In this document: piece by piece, positions 8,326 through 18,122 of the stretch
How positions within the stretch are numbered: position 1 is the stretch's first letter
How the letters are laid out: every line of letters begins with the position of its first letter
Assembly (NCBI GenBank): GCA_963692915.1
Contig: OY843584.1
Coordinates: forward strand, 320,001-384,000
Direction of reading: 5' to 3'
DNA from: Cenarchaeum sp.
Lineage (GTDB): Archaea; Thermoproteota; Nitrososphaeria; Nitrososphaerales; Nitrosopumilaceae
Length of the DNA: 64,000 bases
Notes under the pieces: generated by a model
Database searches by the model: none
What the model saw: only the letters and a program-made list of their open reading frames with translations
What the model was told of the DNA's origin: nothing
Program-made: the position numbers and the translations under genes

Positions 8326-9405
8326 ATGCACTCCATCGTACGTAGCGCAGGGCTCATCGCAGTCGTATTGACAGTCCTCGTCTCGGCCGTTGGGCTCGCT
8401 GATCGTGCCGACGCGCAGAACGTTGACACTGACCCGACGCTTGGGATAGAGCTGACAAGCACGCAGCCGACGCACTATGTGGATGCCGATGGCCACACGG
8501 TCATAGTCGGCGAGGTCGCAAACCTAACGGACTTTCCGGTGACTGACGTGCGCGTCTGGGCGGGGTTTTACGCCGACGGCCTGGCAACACCACTAGAGTC
8601 ACACATTGGGAGCACGCTACTCGACGTGATCACCCCGCGCGGGACATCGCCGTATGTCATACGATCCCCGTCACCAGACCTTGATGTCATCGGCGTCTCG
8701 GTCAACCTCCTCGGGTTTACGTCATCCTCAGCCAAGCCTCAGAATCTTGCGGTCAGCGATCCTGATGTCTCGGTTGCGGGACGTCTTGACGTGCACGGCA
8801 CGATAGAGTACGTCGGTGACGGCGGCTCGCTGACGAACCCCTTTGTCTATGCGCTCGTCTATGACTCGTTTGTGCCCCCACGTCTCCTTGGAGTCCATGA
8901 CACCGAGCTGGTGCTCATGGGGACCGGCGATTCGTTTGACTATGATTTCTCGCTCGAGTATGGCGAGGAGGCTGCGCTCGTGCGAGTCATAGCCAAATCG
9001 GATAACTATGCGTCCAATGTGGCCGAGACTAGTGTGGTGCGCGCACCAACATCGCCGCTCTCGATCAGCACCATTGCAGCAGTCGACAGCACCGGCACGC
9101 CGGTCTCGACGCTTCGCGAGGGCGCCGCATCATACATCCGGAGCGCAATCTCTGGCAGCGGCGCGGGAGGTACAGAGTACGAGTACATTGTGCAGGTGAC
9201 TCGCTTTGGCCACCTGCCCGTCGTCGAGTTCGTCGGCTCGACTAGCGGCGTGATCACGGCGGCCGGCCTTGCGCAGCCGCTAGTGGAGTGGATACCGGCA
9301 TCAGACGGGCTCTTTTACATCGAGACGTACCTGTGGAGCGCCTCGGATGTCCCCCTTGCGCCACCCGGCCCGCTCACGCTAGTCAACGTCGAGCCACGAC
9401 TGTGA
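8326..9405 (+). CDS. Exported FxLYD-like Ig-fold protein
   Basis: Signal peptide; IVGEVAN...V...GFYAD and ALVYD repeats of an FxLYD-like domain. Confidence 0.75.
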   Translation: MHSIVRSAGLIAVVLTVLVSAVGLADRADAQNVDTDPTLGIELTSTQPTHYVDADGHTVIVGEVANLTDFPVTDVRVWAGFYADGLATPLESHIGSTLLDVITPRGTSPYVIRSPSPDLDVIGVSVNLLGFTSSSAKPQNLAVSDPDVSVAGRLDVHGTIEYVGDGGSLTNPFVYALVYDSFVPPRLLGVHDTELVLMGTGDSFDYDFSLEYGEEAALVRVIAKSDNYASNVAETSVVRAPTSPLSISTIAAVDSTGTPVSTLREGAASYIRSAISGSGAGGTEYEYIVQVTRFGHLPVVEFVGSTSGVITAAGLAQPLVEWIPASDGLFYIETYLWSASDVPLAPPGPLTLVNVEPRL

Positions 9406-9413
9406 GCGTGGCG

Positions 9414-9878
9414 ATGCCCGAGTTCCGCACAGCCGCTGTGGGGGGAACGTTTGACACGATTCACAAGGGACACGCCGAGCTCATCGCAGCAGCGTTCGAT
9501 GCGGCCGACGAGGTCATCGTGGGCCTGACGAGTGACAAGTTTGCCGCAGCGTGCGGCAAGGCGCCACACAACGCGTATGGCGCACGTCTCGCGGCTCTCT
9601 GTGCGCACATTGGAGCCAGGTTTGGCGCACGCCGGCACGAGGTGCGCATGCTCGAGGCCGACTATGGCCCGGCAGCATACGAGGCGCGTGTTGATGTCCT
9701 AGTGGTCAGCGACGAGACTGTCCACAAGGCAAGGCGCCTGAATGAGGAACGCAAGGCGATGGGCATTGATCCCGTGGGCGTCATTGCAGTACCCATGAAG
9801 ATGGCCGATGACGGGAAGCGCCTCTCGAGCACGAGAATACGCAACGGCGAGATAGACGCCGACGGGCACGTGCTCTAA
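9414..9878 (+). CDS. coaD: Phosphopantetheine adenylyltransferase (archaeal type)
   Basis: VGGTFDTIHKGH, GLTSD, LVVSDET, RLSSTRIRNGEID. Confidence 0.93.
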   Translation: MPEFRTAAVGGTFDTIHKGHAELIAAAFDAADEVIVGLTSDKFAAACGKAPHNAYGARLAALCAHIGARFGARRHEVRMLEADYGPAAYEARVDVLVVSDETVHKARRLNEERKAMGIDPVGVIAVPMKMADDGKRLSSTRIRNGEIDADGHVL

Positions 9879-9944
9879 ATTGACCCAAAGGCACGTTTGA
9901 TTCGAGCCCGCCCCGTATATCGCTACGCCGCAACGCGCGAGTCG

Positions 9945-10274
9945 ATGCCAGTGTTCGACTCAATGCTACAGAGGATAGGCGCTGACGTGAGGGATCTGCA
10001 GGACGGCCTCGACCCGCAGACGCTTGCATTCTGGTATCACAAGATAATACGTGACGCGCGTGAGATGGCTCCACCGTGGCTAGTAGACAAGATAAACGTC
10101 CGGCAGGACGCAATCCTCACTATGAAGTTCAGGCTTGACGTCTCGCGCCGCGCGATCCGTCACGTGATGGCGGCCATCGAGGCGAACCTCGATGCCATGC
10201 CATACTCGACGCGACTCTACTTTTTGAAGGTTCAGGAGTCCATCGAGTCCGAGACAGACAGGTCGCTCGTCTAG
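9945..10274 (+). CDS. Conserved hypothetical protein
   Basis: 109-aa ORF with APPWLVDKINV and MPYSTRLYFLKVQE; TATA-like GTATAT upstream. Confidence 0.75.
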   Translation: MPVFDSMLQRIGADVRDLQDGLDPQTLAFWYHKIIRDAREMAPPWLVDKINVRQDAILTMKFRLDVSRRAIRHVMAAIEANLDAMPYSTRLYFLKVQESIESETDRSLV

Positions 10275-10552
10275 CGCTTCTCGAGCGTGACGTACTCGTC
10301 AGATGCCCTGGCCGCTACCATCTCATGCGTGCCATCATGGATGGACTGGACAAAGTCGGCCAGGACTGCGGCGTTTTTGGTATCGTGCAAAATGACGCTG
10401 TGGGCCGACGAGTCGCGTAGGGCCACCACACACTCCTCGCCTATGACATCGAGTATCTCGGTGAGCTGCGCGGTTCCGCCATCCTCGGCGTACGCAATGC
10501 CGGCGAGCTTTTGCGCCTCATACGCGTCGCGGCAACGCACAGTCTCCCTCAA
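10271..10552 (-). CDS. Hypothetical protein
   Basis: 93-aa ORF overlapping the trpS stop (translational coupling). Confidence 0.7.
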   Translation of the reverse strand: MRETVRCRDAYEAQKLAGIAYAEDGGTAQLTEILDVIGEECVVALRDSSAHSVILHDTKNAAVLADFVQSIHDGTHEMVAARASDEYVTLEKR

Positions 10553-11664
10553 GGCTCTAGGAGGTAGCCGTCAAGGCGGCCGCGCGCCTCCTCGCGCCGT
10601 GCCTGGTGCTCGCTAAGGTACTCGACTGCGCGCTCGACAAGTATTGCCTTAAGCTCACCGGTGAGCATGTCGCCTGAGGAGTACGCCCCATATATCTCGG
10701 CGAGCCTCGAGTCGTCTGGCTCAAAGAACATCCGCAGATACTGGTATGACACGTCAATGTCCGGATTGCCTCCTAGACGTCTGTGTTCGGTAACATCGGA
10801 CTGCCCGCCTGAAAAGGCGTACTTGTTGATCTTTTTCTTGATTGCCTCTGGCGTATCTGTCGTGAATATGGCCGAGTTGGGATCAGAGCTGCCCATCTTG
10901 CCGCCGGCTCCCTGGAGAGGGGGCATCATCATGTTGTGAATTAGAGCCGGCTTTGGGCGGCCTAGTAGGGGTGCCACGTCGCGCGTCAGCCTAAAGTGCG
11001 GATCCTGGTCAACACCGAGCGGGATTAGCACCGGCGCATCCTCGATATAGCACATTGCCGACTGGATTGAGGTATAGAATATCATTCCAATGTTCGTCTC
11101 ACCGCTAAACCCGAATGTTGCCTTTGTGTTTGAAAAGTTTATGCGTTTTGCTATCTGCGCTGCCATGGGGTAGAGGCGGTGTATGTCCCTCGTGTCGATC
11201 ACGACCCTTGTCTTTTCTGGGTCAAACCCGAGGGCTACAAAGTCGAGTGCGTTCTCGCGCGCTAGACCGGCAGTGTCCTCTAGCGTGAGCTCTTTTTTTG
11301 CAAAAAACTTTTCGTCATCTGTGATCTGAAAGTAGACCATTGTGCCAAACCTGTCCTGCAGCCATTTTGCAAATACCCATGGGATTAGGTGCCCAATGTG
11401 GGTTGAGCCGGACGGCCCTCTCCCCGTGTACACAAAGAACGGCTTGCCTGCGGCATGCGCGTCAAGTATGCTCCCCATGTCGCGATGGGAGAAAAAGACC
11501 CCACGCCTCAGCATAAAGTGGCTCTCGCCGGCGGCCTCCTCTATCCGCTTGAGCATGGGCGCACCTATCCTCTGAGTTCCAAAGCGCTTGATGAGCTTTT
11601 CATAGTCTATCGAACCCTCGACCCTCCAGGGCGTGACAACAAAGTCCTCGCCGGGCATTGGCAC
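10549..11664 (-). CDS. trpS: Tryptophan--tRNA ligase
   Basis: VTPW, YTGRGPS, HIGH, DQDPHFRLTRD, KMGSS. Confidence 0.97.
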   Translation of the reverse strand: MPMPGEDFVVTPWRVEGSIDYEKLIKRFGTQRIGAPMLKRIEEAAGESHFMLRRGVFFSHRDMGSILDAHAAGKPFFVYTGRGPSGSTHIGHLIPWVFAKWLQDRFGTMVYFQITDDEKFFAKKELTLEDTAGLARENALDFVALGFDPEKTRVVIDTRDIHRLYPMAAQIAKRINFSNTKATFGFSGETNIGMIFYTSIQSAMCYIEDAPVLIPLGVDQDPHFRLTRDVAPLLGRPKPALIHNMMMPPLQGAGGKMGSSDPNSAIFTTDTPEAIKKKINKYAFSGGQSDVTEHRRLGGNPDIDVSYQYLRMFFEPDDSRLAEIYGAYSSGDMLTGELKAILVERAVEYLSEHQARREEARGRLDGYLLEP

Positions 11665-11711
11665 GCATGAACTGTGAAGGTTTAAAAAGTCTTTTTGGGT
11701 TTTTGGTGCCG

Positions 11712-13112
11712 ATGCGGCCTGTCCTGCATGATATCGAGATAAAGATCGTTGACGCGCTCCGGCGCGCGATGCCGACCCCGCTTGATGAGGCGACCCTTGC
11801 GCACGAAACGGGCCTTGGCGCGGATCAGGTTCGACGCGGAACCGAGTGGCTGCGCCACAAGGAACTCGCCGAGGTCAGCGAGAGTGTCACGAGGAGAGTC
11901 AGCCTCGGGCCTGCCGGCGCCATCGCCGCCAAGCGCGGCCTGCCCGAGAGGCGCCTGACAGAGATGCTCCTTGATGGGCCAAAGACCATGGCAGATGCGC
12001 AGTCCGAGCTAGGCTCGGACTTTGGACCGGCGATGGGCGCGGCCAAGGCACTTGGGTGGATCAGCACACGCGAACGTGATCTCGTCCTGTCCGGTGACAA
12101 GCCTCCGGACGAGGCGCCCGAAGAGTCGATCATACGCGCAGTCTCGGTGAGCGGCGGCGTTGATGAGGACGCGATTTCCAAGGATGGCGCACTCGCCTCG
12201 CTCCTGCGCAGGCCTGATATGCTGTCAGTCTCTGAGACCACGGTGCGCAGCGTCTCGCTCACGCGCAAAGGCCTTGATGCTGATCCGGCCTCGGCGCCTG
12301 GCCAGATAGACGTCGAGGCTGACGCGCCGACGGTCTATCCGGCGCGGACTCACCCACTCAAGGACACGATCGACGAGGTTCGCGAGACATTCGTCACGCT
12401 CGGCTTCGCCGAGGTCTCCGGCGCGCTCTGCCAGCCGGGATTCTGGAACTTTGATGCGCTCTTTACTCCACAGGACCATCCGGCGCGCGAGATGCACGAC
12501 ACGTTCTATCTTGATGGCCTTTCACACGTGCGCTTTGCGAGTGCGCGTGAGACCTCTGCGGTAGCCGCCGAGCACAAGAAGCACTGGGGCAATGGTTGGT
12601 CGTCTGCCGAGTCACGCCGTAGCGTACTGCGCACGCACACGACGTGCGTGACGCTTCGGCACCTTGCGGACTCCAAGCCCGACTCTGCGCGCGTCTTTTC
12701 ATTGGGTCGCGTGTTTCGCAACGAAAAGGTGAGCTACAAGCACCTCGTCGAGTTCAACCAGGTCGAAGGCGTCGTCGTTGGGCCTGACGTCACGCTACGT
12801 GGTCTCATGGGGATCCAGACCGAGTTTTACAGGCGCATGGGCATGGATAAGGTAAAGTTCTGGCCAACATTCTTTCCGTATACGGAGCCCTCGCTCCAGT
12901 CGATGGTCTACAGCGATGCGCTGGGCAAGTGGATAGAGCTCTTTGGCATGGGGATATTTCGCCCCGAGGTAACGCGCCCGTTGGGCATAAAGGGCCGTGT
13001 CCTCGCGTGGGGAGGGGGAATTGAGCGAATCGCGATGCTGAGGAGCGGGCTGTCTGACGTGCGCGAGCTGTATGCCAACAGGCTTGCGTGGCTGCGCGGG
13101 GGAGAGTCCTAG
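11712..13112 (+). CDS. pheS: Phenylalanine--tRNA ligase alpha subunit
   Basis: FWNFDALFTPQDHPAREMHDTF, LRTHTT, FRNE, FFPYTEPS, GIERIAM. Confidence 0.97.
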   Translation: MRPVLHDIEIKIVDALRRAMPTPLDEATLAHETGLGADQVRRGTEWLRHKELAEVSESVTRRVSLGPAGAIAAKRGLPERRLTEMLLDGPKTMADAQSELGSDFGPAMGAAKALGWISTRERDLVLSGDKPPDEAPEESIIRAVSVSGGVDEDAISKDGALASLLRRPDMLSVSETTVRSVSLTRKGLDADPASAPGQIDVEADAPTVYPARTHPLKDTIDEVRETFVTLGFAEVSGALCQPGFWNFDALFTPQDHPAREMHDTFYLDGLSHVRFASARETSAVAAEHKKHWGNGWSSAESRRSVLRTHTTCVTLRHLADSKPDSARVFSLGRVFRNEKVSYKHLVEFNQVEGVVVGPDVTLRGLMGIQTEFYRRMGMDKVKFWPTFFPYTEPSLQSMVYSDALGKWIELFGMGIFRPEVTRPLGIKGRVLAWGGGIERIAMLRSGLSDVRELYANRLAWLRGGES

Positions 13113-14828
13113 TTGCCCGTAGTGGAGCTCGAGATATCGCGACTTGCGCGCCTCTCGCGCATACACCGTGATGCGATCCTCGATGCGCTCCCGTACCTTG
13201 GCCTTGACATCGAGTCAGTCGACTCGCGCACAATCAGGGCAGAGTACAGCCCAAACCGGCCTGACTATGCGACCGAATACGGGATTGCGCAGGGACTGCG
13301 CGGAATGCACAGCAGCGAGGTCGGCTCGCCGAGAATGGAGATACACAGACGTGGCGCGTACGCGCTGCGTGCCACGCCGCGCGCACCACGCAAGAGGCCG
13401 GCAGTCACTGCGATAGCCGCGCGCGGGGATCGCCTCGGCGAGCGTGGCGTGAAGCAGCTCATATCGATGCAGGAGGATCTTCACGACGGAATCGGTCGCC
13501 ACCGTCGAATCTCGTCGATCGGCCTGCACAACCTTGATGCAATGCGGTTCCCGCTAGAGTATACGGTGATGCGGCGCGACGCGAGGATGGTTCCACTGGG
13601 ATCCAAAACAGAGCTTACGCTAGAGGGGATCCTCGGGGAGACTGACGTTGGCCGCGAGTACGGCTCTCTACTGGAGACGACGACGCGAATGCCGGCAATC
13701 CTTGACGCACGCGGCGAGATTGTGTCGCTTCCGCCAATCATAAACTCGGCGCGCACAGCCATATCAGCTGACACACGCGGTGTCTTCGCCGAGGTCACCG
13801 GAGTGGACAGGCGCTCAGTGGAGGATGCGCTCTCCATAGTGGCCACGACGCTCTCGGCGGCCGGCTTTGAGCTCCATGAGGTCAGGATAACAGGCGGCCG
13901 CAACTCTACGCCACGCCTCGAGCCCCGCAAGATGTCCCTTGATGCCGGACTCGTGGGCAGCATGATCGGCGTGGAGATGTCGGCCACCGAGGTCGCCAAG
14001 TGCATCCGCAAGAGCCGCATGGACGCCACGGCGTCCGGAAAGCGCGTCACGTGCATGGTTCCGCGCTACCGCTTTGACATACTCGGCGAGATGGATCTCG
14101 TCGAGGAGGCCGTTCTCGGGTATGGTATTGATGCGATCGAGCCGCTACTGCCGCCGCAGGCGTCTGCGGGCTCGGCCTCGTCCGAGTCAGTGCGCCTTGG
14201 TGCAGTCTCGGCATGCATGGTGGGTCTTGGATACACCGAGACGCTCAGCTCCGGCCTCGTCGGCGAGGACGTCCACGGCCTCTCTGATTCAGACGAGTCC
14301 TCGATGATCCGCGTGGCAGCTCCAAAGAGCCGCGCCCACACGATACTGCGAGACTCGCTCATGCCCGGACTCCTCGCCGTGCTCTCACGCAACGTGCACG
14401 AGGCGTATCCGCAGCGCCTCTTTGAGACCGGCACGACGTTTGCGCGCGGTGAGCCAGTCATCGAGCACACGGCGATCGCCGGAGTGACGGCTCATGCGGG
14501 TGCGGGATTTACGGAGGCAAAGTCTGTGGCCTCTGCAGTCATGCGCCTCCTCGGCAGGCAGATGACCACGAGCGCAGCGCCGCACGCGACATACGCCAAA
14601 GGCCACTCGGCAGATATCGTCGTTGATGGGATGCGCGTGGGCACCATTGGAGACGTGCGCACCGATGCGCTAGAGCGCTTGCGCATACGCGAGGACGTTG
14701 CGGCCTTTGAGATAGACTTGGGTGCATTCCCCGCCGCATCAGGGAGCCAAAAGCGCCAATACCGGCGCCGCAAGACTGCTAGTGCCAAGCGGCCGGCGCG
14801 GAGCGCAAAGTCCAAGACAGTTCAATAG
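13113..14828 (+). CDS. pheT: Phenylalanine--tRNA ligase beta subunit with basic C-terminal tail
   Basis: PNRPD, QEDLH, SLPPIINS, RFDILGEMDLVEE, YPQRLFETG. Confidence 0.96.
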   Translation: MPVVELEISRLARLSRIHRDAILDALPYLGLDIESVDSRTIRAEYSPNRPDYATEYGIAQGLRGMHSSEVGSPRMEIHRRGAYALRATPRAPRKRPAVTAIAARGDRLGERGVKQLISMQEDLHDGIGRHRRISSIGLHNLDAMRFPLEYTVMRRDARMVPLGSKTELTLEGILGETDVGREYGSLLETTTRMPAILDARGEIVSLPPIINSARTAISADTRGVFAEVTGVDRRSVEDALSIVATTLSAAGFELHEVRITGGRNSTPRLEPRKMSLDAGLVGSMIGVEMSATEVAKCIRKSRMDATASGKRVTCMVPRYRFDILGEMDLVEEAVLGYGIDAIEPLLPPQASAGSASSESVRLGAVSACMVGLGYTETLSSGLVGEDVHGLSDSDESSMIRVAAPKSRAHTILRDSLMPGLLAVLSRNVHEAYPQRLFETGTTFARGEPVIEHTAIAGVTAHAGAGFTEAKSVASAVMRLLGRQMTTSAAPHATYAKGHSADIVVDGMRVGTIGDVRTDALERLRIREDVAAFEIDLGAFPAASGSQKRQYRRRKTASAKRPARSAKSKTVQ

Positions 14829-14939
14829 GGTTACCCTGCGCAGTCATGCGCCTCCGAGATCAACCATGCCTAGGGCGCGCGTGGTGTGGGGAGTGGCAGC
14901 TGAAGGGTTAATTATGCCCAGGGTTTCTGGCGTGCCACG

Positions 14940-15251
14940 ATGGCCGACGCGTATGACGAGCAAAAGGCACTTGATGCGCTCCTCGATCCCGTCACGTCAG
15001 GACTCGTCTCCTCCATGGAGGGTGGTACAAGAACACTGGCGCAGCTGTGCGAGTCCTCTGGCTTGGCCGCAGCGGACGTCACCGAAAGGCTGTCATACCT
15101 CTCCGAGCATGGACTGCTAGACAGAACCGGTGAGGGAGACACGGTCACCTATGCGGCCAACGCAAAAAAGATCGACGAGGTTATCTCTAGGTCGGGCCAC
15201 TTTGATGGTGCGATCGACATGGTCACGCAGATGGACTCGTTTCTCAACTAG
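14940..15251 (+). CDS. Winged-helix domain hypothetical protein
   Basis: ArsR-like layout: ALLDPV...TLAQLCESSGLAAADVTERLSYLSEHGLL. Confidence 0.7.
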   Translation: MADAYDEQKALDALLDPVTSGLVSSMEGGTRTLAQLCESSGLAAADVTERLSYLSEHGLLDRTGEGDTVTYAANAKKIDEVISRSGHFDGAIDMVTQMDSFLN

Positions 15252-15744
15252 CGCGAATGCGCCTTATGGCATATGCCCCAACAGAGGCCGCAAGGGCAAC
15301 CATGCCGGCGATTATGACGTACGAGCCGATGCTCGCATACACGAGAACCTCGTCGCCGGGCAAGTATCCTATTGCGGCAATAATCTCGGCATCAGCTGAG
15401 CCGGCATTTTTCACCTCGAGCTCGTACACGCCTGCTGCCGAGATGGCAAAGCGCTCCTCGACAGAGTCGGTGCCCGAGTGCCCTGCGCCGATCATGCTGC
15501 CTTCCGGTCTGGTGATGCGCACGTCTGCGTCTATGCTGCCACCGCCGACCTCACGCAGCGCATAGACGCCCTCAGGCGAGACGGCAGGGTCGAGCTCGGC
15601 TGCGACTGTGAGGGTCTCATCGGCCTCAAGCACGCCCGCACCAGTCTCTAGGCCGGCAGTGGCTGCCTGCGTTCCGGCATACGAGAGGGCCAGGCCGCCG
15701 AGCATGACTGCGCCAGAGATGGCAAAGAGTGCCATGGGCCTCAT
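15244..15744 (-). CDS. Hypothetical membrane protein (two TM helices around a beta-sandwich)
   Basis: Hydrophobic termini; GVYELEVKN GOLD-like motif. Confidence 0.7.
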   Translation of the reverse strand: MRPMALFAISGAVMLGGLALSYAGTQAATAGLETGAGVLEADETLTVAAELDPAVSPEGVYALREVGGGSIDADVRITRPEGSMIGAGHSGTDSVEERFAISAAGVYELEVKNAGSADAEIIAAIGYLPGDEVLVYASIGSYVIIAGMVALAASVGAYAIRRIRAS

Positions 15745-15789
15745 GCGCGCACGCCTGCTGTGCCCCACAGTTAAGTCTTGGCGGGTTCC

Positions 15790-15838
15790 AAAAAGTTAGA
15801 CTAGGATAAAAAAGTTAGACTATACTAAATCTTTAATA
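15790..15838 (+). promoter_or_regulatory. Tandem DtxR/MntR-like operator plus TATA box of the MCO-ZIP operon
   Basis: AAAAAGTTAGACTA occurs twice; the second copy forms the palindrome TTAG-ACTATA-CTAA, followed by TTTAATA. Confidence 0.6.
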
Positions 15839-15864
15839 CGCTCCTCTCCTCCAGCCGTGCCAGG

Positions 15865-16884
15865 ATGGCAATCACGCGCTCGATGGCGATGGCGATTGGG
15901 ATCGCCGTAACGGCCCTCATGGGCGTGGCGCTCATGATCCCGCAGGCCGTGACCGAGCCTGAGGCGAGGGTCTTTGTGACGCACTCGGGCGCCGTGGTGA
16001 GGACGACCGGTGATGTCCTCGACCCCCTCTACACGTCCTCTGATGTCGAGTTTGACCCCATGGAGTACCTGCGCGAGTTCAACTATGGGGACATCTCGAC
16101 CATGGCAGACGGGCGCACGCTGCGCGAGTTCACCATAGTCGCCGAGGACGACAAAATCATGGAGATCTCGCCGGGAGTCTTTTACAACGTCTGGACGTAC
16201 AACGGGACAGTTCCCGGCCCGACGATCCGCGCCACAGAGGGCGATGTCGTGCGCATCAACTTTATCAACAACGGTGACAAGGAGCACACGATCCACTTTC
16301 ACGGGATACATCCGGCCGGCATGGACGGCGTCTTTGAGCCGGTCGGACGCAACGGCGGGACATTCACGTACGAGTTTGAGGCCGCCCCTGCCGGAGTCCA
16401 CCCCTACCACTGCCACATAATGCCGCTCGAGGAGCACATCATCCACGGGCTCTATGGCGCGTTCATTGTGGATCCAGTGTCGCCTAGGGCCGAGGCCGAC
16501 GAGATGGTCATGGTACTCAACGGGTTTGACACGGACTTTGACTCTGAAAACAACTTTTACGCCGCAAACACAGTTCCGTTCTACTATCAGCACCACCCAA
16601 TAGAGATAGGCCTGGGCGAGCTCATACGCGTCTATGTCCTCAACATGGTCGAGTTTGATCCCATAAACAACTTTCACCTGCATGGCAACATGTACGACTA
16701 TTATCCGACCGGAACGTACAGGGTTCCATCAATGTTCACGGACATGGTGACGCTCTCGCAGACAGAGCGCGGAATCATGGAGTTCACGTATGCCTATCCG
16801 GGCAAGTACATGTTCCACGCGCACAAGGTCGAGTTTTCAGAAAAGGGGTGGTCAGGCATATTCCTGGTCAGCGATGGCCAATAG
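15865..16884 (+). CDS. Two-domain multicopper oxidase
   Basis: NGTVPGPTIR, HTIHFHG, YHCH, HLHG, MFHAH. Confidence 0.92.
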   Translation: MAITRSMAMAIGIAVTALMGVALMIPQAVTEPEARVFVTHSGAVVRTTGDVLDPLYTSSDVEFDPMEYLREFNYGDISTMADGRTLREFTIVAEDDKIMEISPGVFYNVWTYNGTVPGPTIRATEGDVVRINFINNGDKEHTIHFHGIHPAGMDGVFEPVGRNGGTFTYEFEAAPAGVHPYHCHIMPLEEHIIHGLYGAFIVDPVSPRAEADEMVMVLNGFDTDFDSENNFYAANTVPFYYQHHPIEIGLGELIRVYVLNMVEFDPINNFHLHGNMYDYYPTGTYRVPSMFTDMVTLSQTERGIMEFTYAYPGKYMFHAHKVEFSEKGWSGIFLVSDGQ

Positions 16885-18043
16885 GGAGCAGCCGCGCCCC
16901 GCGATCCGGATCGCCCAGGGCGCAGTCCCGCTTGCCCTAGCGGCGGTCCTCATCGCCTACGTCGTCGCCCCCGGACCCGGCCTTGAGCAGCCCGGCATGG
17001 TCATACTGCCCGAGATCACGATCGAGCGCATAGAGTTTGCCGACGGCGAGATACGCGCAAGCGTGCGCAACACGGGCCACCTCGACGTGAGCATCGCGCA
17101 GGCTGACATCAATGACCGCATACAGCCGTCTGCGGCCGAGCCGGACAAGTCGCTGGGCTGGCTAGAGTCGGCGACTGTTCGCATCCCGTACGAGTGGAAC
17201 GCCGGTGAGCCCTATGAGGTTGGGATCACGCTCGATGACGGGACGCGCTTTGCGCGCGCAGTCGAGGCCGCAGTGCCGGCCCTGCGGGCCGACGGGCCGA
17301 CAGTGTCGTACCTCCTGGCCATTGGCGCGTGCGTTGGCGTCATTCCAGTTATGATCGGCCTCATGTGGCGTCCGGCGATCGCGCGACTCTCAAGCGCGGC
17401 GCGCACGATAATCCTGGCGTTCACCATTGGCCTCCTCGCCTTTATCGCCGTGGACACGATGCGCGAAGCACTCGACGTGTCTGCGGCCTGGGGCATTGAT
17501 GCCGGATACAACGGGACGCTCCTTGCCGTGACTGCGGCGACCCTGGTCTTTCTGGCCATGCGCTACGCCTCCTCGGCGATGCGCAGGGCCGGCGCTAATG
17601 CGCCTGTCACGATCGCAATCCTCGTCGCCGCCGGTATCGGCCTGCACAACCTCGGCGAGGGCCTGGCCATAGGGGCTGCTGCCGCACTCGGGCAGGCAGC
17701 ATTCACGTCATTTCTCATAGTCGGCCTCGCGCTGCACAACCTGACTGAGGGCCTGGCAATTGCGGCTCCTGTGGCCCGCTCGAGGGTGGGCCTGGCGAGG
17801 ATGGCCGGACTCGGCCTCATCGCCGGCCTGCCCGTCATGGTCGGAACGGCCGCCGGCGGCCTCCTCTTCTCGCCGGCCGCCGCAGTCATTCTCCTGGCTG
17901 CTGCCTCGGGAGCAGTCGTGCAGGTCATCGTCTCGATGGTCTCGTGGATGCGCTCAGAGGGCATGGAGATCAGCGGCGGGCCTGCACTTGTGGGCGTGGG
18001 AGCCGGAATGCTTGCACTGTATGCGGTCAGCGTGCTGGCCTGA
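16874..18043 (+). CDS. ZIP-family divalent metal transporter with N-terminal extracellular domain
   Basis: GIGLHNLGEGLAIG and LHNLTEGLAI signature helices. Confidence 0.9.
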   Translation: MANREQPRPAIRIAQGAVPLALAAVLIAYVVAPGPGLEQPGMVILPEITIERIEFADGEIRASVRNTGHLDVSIAQADINDRIQPSAAEPDKSLGWLESATVRIPYEWNAGEPYEVGITLDDGTRFARAVEAAVPALRADGPTVSYLLAIGACVGVIPVMIGLMWRPAIARLSSAARTIILAFTIGLLAFIAVDTMREALDVSAAWGIDAGYNGTLLAVTAATLVFLAMRYASSAMRRAGANAPVTIAILVAAGIGLHNLGEGLAIGAAAALGQAAFTSFLIVGLALHNLTEGLAIAAPVARSRVGLARMAGLGLIAGLPVMVGTAAGGLLFSPAAAVILLAAASGAVVQVIVSMVSWMRSEGMEISGGPALVGVGAGMLALYAVSVLA

Positions 18044-18122
18044 ACGGATAAGCTTTGGCCCCCTGCGGGGTCAATTATGATCCCACTCAATACATAAATA
18101 CTTTGGAGGCCGCTAGGGGGCG

